From Woeseia sp. (GTDB taxonomy: Bacteria; Pseudomonadota; Gammaproteobacteria; Steroidobacterales; Woeseiaceae), in the NCBI GenBank assembly GCA_013003155.1, contig JABDKF010000267.1:6258-70257 (forward strand): 64,000 nt of DNA. Reading direction: 5' to 3'. Below, one piece after another: positions 20,375-30,268 of this stretch. The notes under the pieces were generated by a model. That model did no database searches, had not been told where the DNA came from, and saw nothing but the letters and a program-made list of their open reading frames with translations. Each line of letters begins with the position of its first letter. Position 1 is the first letter of the stretch. The position numbers were made by a program, and so were the translations under genes.

Positions 20375-21333
20375 TTGCCGCCCAACAAACGTGCACCGTC
20401 ACCCAATGGGCTTTGCATAACATCGACAACACCGTTGGTGCTCCGCAACGCAGCGCCGACATCCTCTGCGGCTGCGGGCTCAGAAATTATTTTGACCTGC
20501 GGGCCTGCATCGATCGTGAAAAATGCGGGCACGCCATCAGCCTGCAGTCGCCTGACGGTCTCGAGACACGTCAGTGTCGCCGAGTTCCAGTAGACGAGCG
20601 AAGGCCGCGATGACCACATGACCGAATGCATTTTCAGGCAATTGTGTTCCGTGACAGCTGCGAGCGCGGCAAAATCCCGTGACTCGACCGCAGCTCGAGC
20701 GTTGGCAAGGTCTTGCGCCTGTCGGGAAATCCATTCCTTGTAGAAGGGCGAAGTCTGCTGGCTGATATTCATTGCCGGTCCGGATCCTATTTTCTTCGCT
20801 GACTTTTCCGTAATCGCGACCGTTACCGTAAGCGGCCAGTCGCGCGGCGCGGCAATAGACGCGACGGCAATTGCATCATCGGCAAGCTGCAATTCGACGA
20901 TACCCGCGTATAGCGAGCGTGCTGCCGAGCCAGACGCGCGGCCGGCGCTGCGTGCCATTTCCAGAGTTTCTGACTCGAGGCCGAACGCGTGACTGGCAGC
21001 AACTACCAGTGCCGCGAAGGAGGACGCCGACGACGCCAGTCCGGCCGCAATCGGGAAATTACATTCACTGCTCACCATTGCACAGGGACGCTTCACGCCC
21101 ACGATATCGTCCAGACAACGGCTGACCCGCGGTAACATCGCCGGCGCTTCCTCTCCGTTGACAAGCAATGCGTCGGCATTGCCGGACTCATCGAATTTAA
21201 CGCTCATGCGGGTCCAGAGACTGTCCAGCGTAAGCGAAAGTGACCCGGCCGCCGGCAGGTTGCTGACGGCATCGCGTTTGCCCCAGTATTTTACCAAGGC
21301 AATATTCGGCTGAGCCTGGCTTGTTGCCCGCAT
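20371..21333 (-). CDS. mvaD: Diphosphomevalonate decarboxylase
   Basis: PNIALVKYWGK, FPIAAGLASSASS, SGSAARS, FTIDAGPQVK. Confidence 0.95.
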   Translation of the reverse strand: MRATSQAQPNIALVKYWGKRDAVSNLPAAGSLSLTLDSLWTRMSVKFDESGNADALLVNGEEAPAMLPRVSRCLDDIVGVKRPCAMVSSECNFPIAAGLASSASSFAALVVAASHAFGLESETLEMARSAGRASGSAARSLYAGIVELQLADDAIAVASIAAPRDWPLTVTVAITEKSAKKIGSGPAMNISQQTSPFYKEWISRQAQDLANARAAVESRDFAALAAVTEHNCLKMHSVMWSSRPSLVYWNSATLTCLETVRRLQADGVPAFFTIDAGPQVKIISEPAAAEDVGAALRSTNGVVDVMQSPLGDGARLLGGK

Positions 21334-21405
21334 GGAAGATTCCGGCTTTGTCGATTCTGGCAGGAGCGCGATTATAGCTCAGCGGGGCTGGCAATCGTTG
21401 CCGGC

Positions 21406-21453
21406 GCGGTGTGCACAGCACGCCGAAATGCGGTGTGCGCAGCACGCCGGAAT
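21406..21453. repeat. Tandem 24-bp repeat, each unit an imperfect palindrome
   Basis: GCGGTGTGCACAGCACGCCGAAAT / GCGGTGTGCGCAGCACGCCGGAAT in the mvaD-ispA divergent region. Confidence 0.85.
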
Positions 21454-21496
21454 TCAGTGTAGGCTTTGGCTCCCTAACCACTGCAGCGGAGCGTGT

Positions 21497-22387
21497 GTGA
21501 CCTCACCTTTTGCCGAACGCATGCCACTTTACACCGACCGCATTCAGCAACGTCTTGACGAAATACTGCCGAATGCCGACACGGCACCCGAACGACTGCA
21601 CGCCGCAATGCGCTATGCCGTTCTGAACGGCGGTAAGCGCATCCGCCCGCTCCTTGCTTATGCGAGCTCTGAGTGCCTGCAGGTCCCGCCGGAGTCCGTC
21701 GATGCCGCGGCAACGGCAATCGAGCTGATGCATGCGTTTTCGCTCGTCCACGACGACCTGCCGGCAATGGATGATGATGACCTGCGGCGAGGCAAACCCA
21801 CGCTGCACCGCAAGTTCGACGAGGCCACGGCGATCCTCGCGGCAGATGCATTGCAGCCGCTTGCGTTTACCGCGATCTCAGGTGATGAAACGTTGTCGGC
21901 CGCGCAGGCCGTTGACCTGACCCGGCTGCTGGCCGCTGCCTGCGGTTCGCTGGGTATGACGGGCGGGCAATCAATCGACTTGTTGTCGGAAGGACAACCG
22001 TTGTCGATGACAGAACTTGAACACATGTATCGCCTGAAAACCGGCGCGCTAATCCATGCATCGGTAATGAGCGCAGCGTACGTCGCAAACGGGATAACAC
22101 CGGAACAGAAGCGTTGCCTCGAGCATTTCGCGCAATCACTCGGGCTGGCATTCCAGATTCGGGATGACATTCTTGACGTCGAGGGCGAAACACAGGTAAT
22201 CGGTAAGCCGGCCGGTTCCGACGAACGTCGTAACAAGGCTACGTTCCCGGCATTGTTCGGGATGGATGCGGCGCTTGCGCGTTGCAACGAATTGCTCAGG
22301 CAAGGACTCGACAGTCTTAAGCGCCTTGAATGCGATCACGAACCGCTGCAATGGCTCGCGCATTATATGGTAGACCGCGCCAAATGA
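21497..22387 (+). CDS. ispA: Farnesyl diphosphate synthase
   Basis: GGKRIRP, SLVHDDLPAMDDDDLRRGKPT, FQIRDDILD; GTG start after GGAG. Confidence 0.93.
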   Translation: MTSPFAERMPLYTDRIQQRLDEILPNADTAPERLHAAMRYAVLNGGKRIRPLLAYASSECLQVPPESVDAAATAIELMHAFSLVHDDLPAMDDDDLRRGKPTLHRKFDEATAILAADALQPLAFTAISGDETLSAAQAVDLTRLLAAACGSLGMTGGQSIDLLSEGQPLSMTELEHMYRLKTGALIHASVMSAAYVANGITPEQKRCLEHFAQSLGLAFQIRDDILDVEGETQVIGKPAGSDERRNKATFPALFGMDAALARCNELLRQGLDSLKRLECDHEPLQWLAHYMVDRAK

Positions 22388-23565
22388 CGGTTACGCAGCG
22401 ACATATCCTGCACGTCGACATGGACGCATTCTATGCATCGGTCGAACAACGCGACAATCCGGCACTACGAGGTAAGCCGCTGGTCGTTGGCGGCAGCAGT
22501 AATCGTGGAGTAGTCGCTGCGGCCAGTTACGAGGCCCGAACGTTTGGCATCCGGTCCGCCATGCCCATGCGCGAAGCACGTCGCCGCTGCCCTGAATTGC
22601 TGCAGGCGCCCGTCCGTATGACATGCTACAAGTCGGAATCCGACAAAGTATTTGCTGTTTTTCGCGAATTCACGCCACTTGTCGAAGGTTTGTCACTGGA
22701 CGAGGCGTTCCTGGATGTCACCGGCAGTACGACGCTGTTTGGCGCCGCCGCTGAGATTGCTGCAACTATCAAGCAACGCATTTTCGCTAAAACCAACTTG
22801 ACCGCCTCGGTCGGCGTCGCGCCAAACAAACTCGTCGCGAAGATTGCATCAGATCTCGACAAGCCGGACGGGCTGGTTGTTGTCGAGCCTGCCAGCATGA
22901 GAGCAACACTCGACCCGTTGCCGGTGCAAGTGATACCCGGCATAGGCAAGGAAACTTTGAAAGGCTTGCACGGTTTGGGAATCGCAACGATTGCTGACCT
23001 GCGGCTCGCAACTGCGCGAGACCTGGAGACTTTGTTTGGACGTTTTGCATCGCGGATGCGGGATCGGGCGGCAGGTATCGATGACCGGCCGGTAGTAAGT
23101 GACAGAGCGAGCAAATCGATTAGTGCTGAAGAAACGTTCAATCAGGATTTGCGCGATTCACGGCATATTCAAAAAGAGTTATTGTCTCTGACCGAGCGTA
23201 TGGCCTCCCGCTTGCGCGCAAAAGGACTTCATGCCGGCACGCTGCAGTTGAAAATTCGCCAATCTGACTTCACTACATTCAGTCGGCAACGCAGCCTGCA
23301 ACCACCGTCAGACAATACTCAAATTCTGCATGGCGCTGCCCGCGAACTACTGCAAATATGGCGCCAGGAACACGTTGGCACCGCGATCCGCTTGCTGGGC
23401 GTCGGCGCCAGTGACCTCGTTGCAGTGACCCAGGGGGATCTCTTCGCGGCGGCCCCAGACGAGCCGGTATCGTCGCTCGATGAGACGGTCGACAAGATCC
23501 GCAAGCGTTTCGGCTCACTTCCGCTCGGGCGAGCTCGCACCTTCGACGAGGATCAAATCGGGTAG
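22384..23565 (+). CDS. dinB: DNA polymerase IV
   Basis: HVDMDAFYASVEQRD, AASYEAR, LSLDEAFLD; ATGA overlap with ispA. Confidence 0.95.
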   Translation: MTVTQRHILHVDMDAFYASVEQRDNPALRGKPLVVGGSSNRGVVAAASYEARTFGIRSAMPMREARRRCPELLQAPVRMTCYKSESDKVFAVFREFTPLVEGLSLDEAFLDVTGSTTLFGAAAEIAATIKQRIFAKTNLTASVGVAPNKLVAKIASDLDKPDGLVVVEPASMRATLDPLPVQVIPGIGKETLKGLHGLGIATIADLRLATARDLETLFGRFASRMRDRAAGIDDRPVVSDRASKSISAEETFNQDLRDSRHIQKELLSLTERMASRLRAKGLHAGTLQLKIRQSDFTTFSRQRSLQPPSDNTQILHGAARELLQIWRQEHVGTAIRLLGVGASDLVAVTQGDLFAAAPDEPVSSLDETVDKIRKRFGSLPLGRARTFDEDQIG

Positions 23566-23606
23566 AATAAGCCGTTCTGTCGGCAGTCCTGGCTAAGCCA
23601 AAACGC

Positions 23607-25268
23607 ATGTATACCGCATTCTTCGGACTTAACGAAAAACCGTTCGCGATCACGCCGGATCCGCGCTACCTCTTTATGAGTGAGCGACATGGAGAGGGGC
23701 TTGCCCACCTCGTCTACGGTGTCACGGAAAGCGGTGGCTTCATTCAGCTGACAGGCGAAGTCGGTACCGGCAAAACGACGCTGGTACGCACACTGCTGAG
23801 CCAGATGCCGACTGAAGTCAACGTAGCTCTGGTGTTAAATCCACAAGTCACCGCGCTTGAGTTTTTATCGTCCATTTGCGACGAGCTGGGCGTCCCGCTG
23901 CCGCAGGATCAATCAAGCAGCAAAGCGATCGTCGATGCCCTGAATCGGCATTTGCTTGAGACGCATGCCAATGGCCGGCGCACGATTCTGCTGGTTGATG
24001 AGGCGCAGAATCTTTCGGAGGGTGTGCTGGAACAGGTACGCCTTCTCACCAATCTCGAAACTGCCAAGCAAAAGCTGCTGCAGATCATTCTGATCGGCCA
24101 GGAAGAGCTGCGAGACCTGCTCGCACAGAATAATCTGCGGCAACTGGCACAGCGCGTGACAGGACGCTATCACCTGCAGCCACTATCGCGCGACGAAACC
24201 GTCAAATACATTGAACATCGATTGCGGGTGGCCGGCGCACTTACCGAAATTTTTGAGCCGGCGGCAAAACGCGCCGTGTACCAGTTGTCAGGCGGCATTC
24301 CGCGGCTGGTAAACGTAATCTGTGATCGCGCCTTGCTGGGTGCATACAGCAGCGAAAGCCGCGTGGTTACCAAAAGGATCGTACGACGCGCCGCCAGGGA
24401 GATTACCGGCGACGAGTTGCAACGCAGCTCGTGGCCTGTGCCAACAGCGCTTGCTGCTTCGCTGGTTATTGCGGCGCTCGCCGCCTGGTTTTTTATGGTG
24501 GAAAGGCCAACATCTGTCGTGCCGGTCGTCAGCACTCCGGCAGCGAGCTCGGGCCTCGTTGCAAAAGAGCTGGCGCTGTCAGCACCAACCGACACAACGC
24601 CTTTGTACGTTCCCGATGCGACAGCACAGGCTGCACCGCCGACGCCGCGTCTGACGAATATGTTGCATGATTCACCGGTGACGCTTGAGAATGCAATGCG
24701 CGAGTTATTTGACCTCTGGCAGATCGACTATCAACCGGGTTCAAGAACGGCCTGCCAGCAAGCCGCGGCCCTGGGCCTAAGCTGCATGTTTAATCGAGGC
24801 ACCTGGAATGTCCTCAAGCGACTCAATCACCCCGCGATTCTGACGCTGATTGATGAGGACGGCGATAATCACTACCCGGTCGTTACGACGATTAACGGCG
24901 ATAACGCAGATTTGTTGATTAACGGCACGCGCGTGACGCTGCCAATAGCCGAGGTAGAAAAGCTGTGGTTCGGCCAGCACCTGTTGCTATGGCAGCCGCC
25001 GAACGGCCTGCTCTCCACGCTGCAGCCCGGGACGCAGGGCGAGAATGTTGCCTGGTTGAGAAGCAGCCTGGCCACGCTGGATGAAAGTTATGCAACTAAA
25101 AGCGACGCACCGGACGTATTTGATGCTGATCTTGAGCGGGCACTGAAAGAGTTCCAACGGCGCAATCGTCTGCAGGTCGACGGCGTTGCTGGACCAATGA
25201 CGCTGATATTGATTAATTCCTTGCTCGCTGACGAAAATACACCGCTGCTTAGCGCAGCAGCGCAATGA
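23607..25268 (+). CDS. exeA: ExeA/GspA AAA ATPase with C-terminal peptidoglycan-binding domain
   Basis: FFGLNEKPFAITPDPRYLF, GEVGTGKTT, DEAQNL, TM, FQRRNRLQVDGVAGPMT. Confidence 0.92.
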   Translation: MYTAFFGLNEKPFAITPDPRYLFMSERHGEGLAHLVYGVTESGGFIQLTGEVGTGKTTLVRTLLSQMPTEVNVALVLNPQVTALEFLSSICDELGVPLPQDQSSSKAIVDALNRHLLETHANGRRTILLVDEAQNLSEGVLEQVRLLTNLETAKQKLLQIILIGQEELRDLLAQNNLRQLAQRVTGRYHLQPLSRDETVKYIEHRLRVAGALTEIFEPAAKRAVYQLSGGIPRLVNVICDRALLGAYSSESRVVTKRIVRRAAREITGDELQRSSWPVPTALAASLVIAALAAWFFMVERPTSVVPVVSTPAASSGLVAKELALSAPTDTTPLYVPDATAQAAPPTPRLTNMLHDSPVTLENAMRELFDLWQIDYQPGSRTACQQAAALGLSCMFNRGTWNVLKRLNHPAILTLIDEDGDNHYPVVTTINGDNADLLINGTRVTLPIAEVEKLWFGQHLLLWQPPNGLLSTLQPGTQGENVAWLRSSLATLDESYATKSDAPDVFDADLERALKEFQRRNRLQVDGVAGPMTLILINSLLADENTPLLSAAAQ

Positions 25269-25301
25269 TATGCTGAGCTGCGACCGCGGACGGAAATTCT
25301 G

Positions 25302-25985
25302 ATGTCCTATATTCTCGACGCCCTGAAAAGATCAGAAACTGAACGCCAGCGGCAAGATTCGCCGGTGTTTACCGATGTACCCGCAAAACGTCAGCAAAAG
25401 AGCATGTCTGCGTGGCTGTGGCTTGTCGTCGGCCTGTTGGCAATCAATGCAATAGTTCTTGGCGCGGTGTTGTTGCGCGGTACCGTTGACACGTCCACAG
25501 GGCTCGTTGCCGCTACGGAACCGGTGCCTGAGGTCTCGCCGGCGCAAGTAGCAACGCCCGTGCAACGCGATGAACCTGCGCAACCGGTGCAACCCGTGGT
25601 TCGCGCGGAGCCTGCGCCGGTCGCCCCAAGCAGCCGCAGCAACACGCCGCCTCAGCGCACACCAGTTCGTTCTCCGGGTCCCGCGGCAAGCACGCCGGCA
25701 CGGCCCGCAGCACGGGATGTAACGCCAAACCAGGGTAATACTGCGCAAACGGCAAGTTTGCCAACTCTGCTGCAACTCAGCGCTGATGGGACCGTGCAAC
25801 TTCCGGAGCTGCACCTCGACATTCATGTTTACAGCAACACGCCGCAAGACCGCTTCGTCTTCGTGAACATGACGAAGTACCGCGAGGCGGCACGCCTGAC
25901 CGAAGGTCCGCTGGTAAAGGAGATCGTACCGGAAGGTGTGATTCTCGAGCATCGGGGCAGCACGTTCTTGCTGCCCCGGGATTAA
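25302..25985 (+). CDS. exeB: ExeB/GspB type II secretion accessory protein
   Basis: MSYILDALKRSETER, TM, Pro-rich linker, LDIHVYS...RFVFVN. Confidence 0.88.
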   Translation: MSYILDALKRSETERQRQDSPVFTDVPAKRQQKSMSAWLWLVVGLLAINAIVLGAVLLRGTVDTSTGLVAATEPVPEVSPAQVATPVQRDEPAQPVQPVVRAEPAPVAPSSRSNTPPQRTPVRSPGPAASTPARPAARDVTPNQGNTAQTASLPTLLQLSADGTVQLPELHLDIHVYSNTPQDRFVFVNMTKYREAARLTEGPLVKEIVPEGVILEHRGSTFLLPRD

Positions 25986-26002
25986 CGGCGAGGCAGGATG
26001 CA

Positions 26003-27844
26003 TTGAGCGTAGAATCCGTTTCGCTACAGCACCTCAATACTGACAAATTCGCTCAGGCATTACGGTCCGGCATTCATCGGGTCATTGGGGAACAGGAAAC
26101 GCTGAACTCCATAAACGTATTCCCGGTTGCAGACGGTGATACAGGCACTAACTTGAGTTTGTCGCTCGGCGCCGCGCTAGGAACCTTACAAGCGTCACGT
26201 GGTAAACGTCTCAACTCACTGCTCGCGGCACTGGCAGATACTTTGTTGGACAGCGCCCGCGGAAATTCCGGAGCGATCGTTGCCCAGTTCTTCCAGGGCG
26301 TCAGCGACGCCGGTGAACAACTCAGCCGTTTTTCAACGCACACGTTCACTCAAGCAGTTGTGCAGGGCCACGAGTATGCGCGTGACGCGCTTTCAGACCC
26401 GCGTGAGGGAACGATCCTCTCAGTAATTGGCGCGTTTGCCGGCAGCCTGCAACAACAGACTGTTGTCAACGATGTTATTGGTTTTTCTAATCTTTTGACA
26501 AATGCTGTCACTGATTGCCGCGAAGCACTCGCGAAAACCCAGACCCAACTGGAAGAGCTACGAAAAGCGGGCGTCGTGGATGCGGGCGCCAAAGGTTTTC
26601 TCGCCCTTATCGAGGGCGTTCGCGACTACATTGCAGAAGGACGGGCGACGCCAATGCCGCGGCACGTCAATCTGGATGATGCCGTAACTGAAATGCCGGT
26701 TTCGTCAGATGCGGACCCCCGGTTCCGTTTCTGTACGGAATGCATCGTTTCAGGAATCAGCATTGACCGGAGAAAGTTGCGCGAATCATTGACCGAGTTG
26801 GGTGATTCACTGGTTTTGGCGGGCACGAAGCGAAAAGCCAAAATTCATATTCATGTCAACGATCCTGAAGAAGTGTTCAACGTGGCAAGACGCTATGGAA
26901 CCTTGAGCGGCGAAAAAGCGGACGATATGCTGCGCCAACAGCACAGCTCTCATGAAACCGCGTCCCGCTTCGCCGTCATAACGGATTCAGCGGCGGACAT
27001 TGATGACACGGATCTCGAGCGCTTTGATATTCACATGGTGCCGTTGCGGGTACAGTTCGGAGACCGCGGCTTTCTTGACAAGGTCAGTATCTCGGCCGGC
27101 GAATTTTTCAAGGAGCTGCAGACAAACCCTGTACATCCGACAACATCGCAACCGTCGCCGGGCGATTTTCGTCGACAGTTTCAGTTCCTTGCCAGCCATT
27201 TTAAAGATGTACTTTCCATCAATGTATCGGGTCGCGTCAGCGGCACACTGCAGGCTGCACAATCGGCAGCAGAGCGTGTCGACGCAAACGGCAAAGTTCA
27301 TGTCGTTAACTCGTTAAATGCTTCTATCGGCCAGGGCCTGATTGTGGTTTACGCCGCGGAGTGTGCTGCAGCCGGCCTTGATATAAAGACCACGTTGCAA
27401 GCGATCGACGAAATTGTTTCGCGAACCTATACCTTTGGGCTCGTCAAAGACTTGCGTTACGGCGTTCGTGGCGGCCGCGTACCCGCGGCTCGCAAAGTGC
27501 TGGCGGATCTGTTGCGTCTTACTCCCGTACTTCGCACCGAACCTGACGGACGAGTATCTGCGGGCGGCGTTTTGTTCGGTCGCAACAATCTACTACCTCG
27601 CTTCCTGCGCTACATTGCATCGCGAGTTGATCGACAAAAAAACTGGCGGGCCTCGATCGGGCATGCCATGTGCCCTGAAGACGCCGCAACGTTCGAGAAA
27701 ATGTTGCGGGCCCGGCTGCCGACGATTAGTCGCTGCACCATTACCGAACTGGGTTCAGCGCTTGGCGCACATAGCGGACCCGGGGCGATCGTGGTTGCAT
27801 TGCAAGAGTATCGAAGCCCGGAGGAATTCAGAGCTTCCACCTGA
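26003..27844 (+). CDS. DAK2 (FakA-like kinase) - DegV (FakB-like) fusion, putative single-chain fatty acid kinase
   Basis: INVFPVADGDTGTNL, ARGNSG, EGTILSV, VDAGAKG, FCTE, KIHIH, then ITDSAAD, PTTSQPSPG, GAHSGPG. Confidence 0.88.
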   Translation: MSVESVSLQHLNTDKFAQALRSGIHRVIGEQETLNSINVFPVADGDTGTNLSLSLGAALGTLQASRGKRLNSLLAALADTLLDSARGNSGAIVAQFFQGVSDAGEQLSRFSTHTFTQAVVQGHEYARDALSDPREGTILSVIGAFAGSLQQQTVVNDVIGFSNLLTNAVTDCREALAKTQTQLEELRKAGVVDAGAKGFLALIEGVRDYIAEGRATPMPRHVNLDDAVTEMPVSSDADPRFRFCTECIVSGISIDRRKLRESLTELGDSLVLAGTKRKAKIHIHVNDPEEVFNVARRYGTLSGEKADDMLRQQHSSHETASRFAVITDSAADIDDTDLERFDIHMVPLRVQFGDRGFLDKVSISAGEFFKELQTNPVHPTTSQPSPGDFRRQFQFLASHFKDVLSINVSGRVSGTLQAAQSAAERVDANGKVHVVNSLNASIGQGLIVVYAAECAAAGLDIKTTLQAIDEIVSRTYTFGLVKDLRYGVRGGRVPAARKVLADLLRLTPVLRTEPDGRVSAGGVLFGRNNLLPRFLRYIASRVDRQKNWRASIGHAMCPEDAATFEKMLRARLPTISRCTITELGSALGAHSGPGAIVVALQEYRSPEEFRAST

Positions 27845-27850
27845 TGTCTT

Positions 27851-28525
27851 TCAGGCTTCGACCAGTTCGTCACCCGCGGGCGTCAGCAGATCTTCACCTT
27901 CATTGCGCGCATTGTTAACGGTTCGGGAGACGGGCCAGGCACGCATCTTTGGCGTGATTTCGGCCACTCTGTCTAACAGGTCCGTTGAGCCCTGAAGCCA
28001 CTCCAGCCCAGTGCTACTTCGCAAAATAACCGGCATGCGATGATGCAGCGCTTCCATGAATTCTGTGGCACCGGTCGTGATGATGGTAGCTGTCTCAAGC
28101 GTGTCTTCGGAGCTCTTGTCTTGCCATGCTTCCCAAAGACCGGCAAAAGCGAAGGGCTCACCGTCCGCCGGACTAATAAAATACGGCGTCTTGCCGCTAC
28201 TCTCCTTGCGCCATTCGTAGAAACCGTCGGCGAGAATCAAGCATCGCCGTTTCTTGAACGCATTGCGAAATGAGGGTTTCTCAGCGACAGTTTCGGCGCG
28301 CGCATTGATCATCCGGTTACCGATTGCTGGATCCTTCGCCCAGAACGGCACCAGCCCCCAGCGCAGCATCGTTAGCTCTCGCTGCTTCTCCTCCGTATCA
28401 CGAATAGCTGCAATGTATTGTGTTGGGGCGATGTTGTAGCGTGGCTCGACGGGCGCTACGTTTTTTACGCCGAATAGTGCGGCAGTTGCTTCACTGGGTG
28501 AGTAAAATGCAAAGCGGCCACACAT
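27851..28525 (-). CDS. SRAP/YedK (HMCES-like) abasic-site protecting protein
   Basis: N-terminal MCGRF, RYNIAPTQ, INARAET, GFYEW, HHRMPVIL. Confidence 0.93.
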   Translation of the reverse strand: MCGRFAFYSPSEATAALFGVKNVAPVEPRYNIAPTQYIAAIRDTEEKQRELTMLRWGLVPFWAKDPAIGNRMINARAETVAEKPSFRNAFKKRRCLILADGFYEWRKESSGKTPYFISPADGEPFAFAGLWEAWQDKSSEDTLETATIITTGATEFMEALHHRMPVILRSSTGLEWLQGSTDLLDRVAEITPKMRAWPVSRTVNNARNEGEDLLTPAGDELVEA

Positions 28526-28529
28526 CCCG

Positions 28530-29303
28530 TTACTCTCGAATGCCAACGCCGCGATTCATTAACAGCATGCAGGCGCTGAACAGCAACACGACAAAGAACA
28601 ACACGAGCAGATACGCATTGCCGATGCTGATGTCCGAAGTTCCGAGAATGCCGTACCTGAAAGCATTGACCATGTACAAAATAGGGTTGGCCAACGAGAC
28701 TTTTTGCCAGAATTCCGGCAATAAAGAGATTGAATAGAAAACGCCCCCAAGATACGTAAGCGGCGTCAGGACGAAAGTAGGAATTATCGAGATATCATCG
28801 AACTTGCGAGCGAACATCGCATTAATAAACCCCGCGAGTGCAAACACGACCGATGCCAGCAGGACCATAGACAGGGTAATCAGCGGGTGTTCGACTTTGA
28901 GACTGGTAAATCCAAGCGCAATTAACGTTACCAGTGAGCCAACCAGCAAGCCGCGGATAACGCCACCTGCCACGTGCCCGAGAATAATTGTGGCATTGGA
29001 CAACGGTGAGACAAGCATCTCCTCAACATGGCGACCAAACTTCGCGCCGAAGAATGATGACACGACGTTTCCGTAGGAATTGGTGATAACCGCCATCATG
29101 ATCAGGCCCGGCGCGATGTATTGCATGTAGTCGAAGCCATCCATGACGCCGATCCGCCGACCGATCAAATTGCCAAAGATGATGAAATACAATGTCATCG
29201 TAATCGCCGGCGGCACGATGGTTTGCACCCAGATACGCAATACCCTGACTACCTCCTTGCGGACGATGGTTTTCAGGCCGACCCAGTTCAGGCTGATATT
29301 CAT
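28530..29303 (-). CDS. yadH: ABC-2 transporter permease YadH-like
   Basis: RIWVQTIVPPAITMTLYFIIFGNLIG, NVVSSFFGAKF. Confidence 0.9.
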   Translation of the reverse strand: MNISLNWVGLKTIVRKEVVRVLRIWVQTIVPPAITMTLYFIIFGNLIGRRIGVMDGFDYMQYIAPGLIMMAVITNSYGNVVSSFFGAKFGRHVEEMLVSPLSNATIILGHVAGGVIRGLLVGSLVTLIALGFTSLKVEHPLITLSMVLLASVVFALAGFINAMFARKFDDISIIPTFVLTPLTYLGGVFYSISLLPEFWQKVSLANPILYMVNAFRYGILGTSDISIGNAYLLVLFFVVLLFSACMLLMNRGVGIRE

Positions 29304-30235
29304 GATGGGTTGCTGTTGGCGTGTTGTCGGTTCTCGACCAGCCCCATAAACATCTCTTCCAGGCGATTCGCCTTGTTGCGCATGCTAACCACGTGAATGT
29401 CTTGCTGGCTGAGAGCGCCGAACAACAGGTTGAGATCTTTGCCGGCGTCTATGGCAACTTCAATTTCGTTGTCACTGGTCTTTATTACTTCGAAGCCGTC
29501 CAGCACCGGTGCTGTCACGATATTGTCCTGCAGACTCAATACAAAAACTTCGCGTTGCAATTTGCGCAGGACCTGACTCATCGGCGCGTTCTCGATGATC
29601 GTACCCTCGTCGATGATGGCAACATGGCGACACAGGTTTTCGGCTTCTTCGAGGTAATGAGTCGTCAGAATGATTGTTGTCCCCGCTTCGTTGATCGCAC
29701 GCATGAACTTCCACATGGAGCGGCGAATCTCGATATCGACACCGGCGGTCGGCTCATCAAGAATTAGCAACTTCGGTTCATGGATCAGCGCGCGCGCAAT
29801 CATCAAGCGGCGCTTCATACCCCCTGACAAGCTGCGCGCTATGTCGTGCCGCCGATCCCAGAGCCGCAAATCGGCCAGGTACTTCTCGGCGCGTTCCATC
29901 GCAAGCTTGCGATCAATACCGTAATAACCCGCCTGATTGGTCACGATGTTGAGTACAGTTTCAAAGAGGTTCAGGTTTACTTCCTGTGGCACGAGCCCCA
30001 GACAGGCCTTGGCTGCTTCGAGATTGCGATCGATGCTGTGGCCGAAAATTTTTACTTCGCCCGCAGTCTTCTGCACCAGCGAACAAATAATACCTATCGC
30101 GGTAGTCTTACCTGCACCGTTCGGACCCAGCAAGGCGTAGAAATCGCCGGCATCGACGGTAAAGTCGATGCCCTTTAGTGCTTCTGCACCGTTCGGATAG
30201 GTTTTGGTCAGGTTCTTGATAGAGAGAGCATGCAT
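29300..30235 (-). CDS. yadG: ABC transporter ATP-binding protein YadG-like
   Basis: GPNGAGKTT, LSGGMKRRLMIARAL, LDEPTAGVD, MRNKANRLEE. Confidence 0.9.
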   Translation of the reverse strand: MHALSIKNLTKTYPNGAEALKGIDFTVDAGDFYALLGPNGAGKTTAIGIICSLVQKTAGEVKIFGHSIDRNLEAAKACLGLVPQEVNLNLFETVLNIVTNQAGYYGIDRKLAMERAEKYLADLRLWDRRHDIARSLSGGMKRRLMIARALIHEPKLLILDEPTAGVDIEIRRSMWKFMRAINEAGTTIILTTHYLEEAENLCRHVAIIDEGTIIENAPMSQVLRKLQREVFVLSLQDNIVTAPVLDGFEVIKTSDNEIEVAIDAGKDLNLLFGALSQQDIHVVSMRNKANRLEEMFMGLVENRQHANSNPS

Positions 30236-30268
30236 GGCGGCGTATTGTATACATGCCGGTGCTCCGGG

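Noticed and set aside
21406-21453. CRISPR array
   Set aside because: Only two abutting units, no spacers, no cas genes
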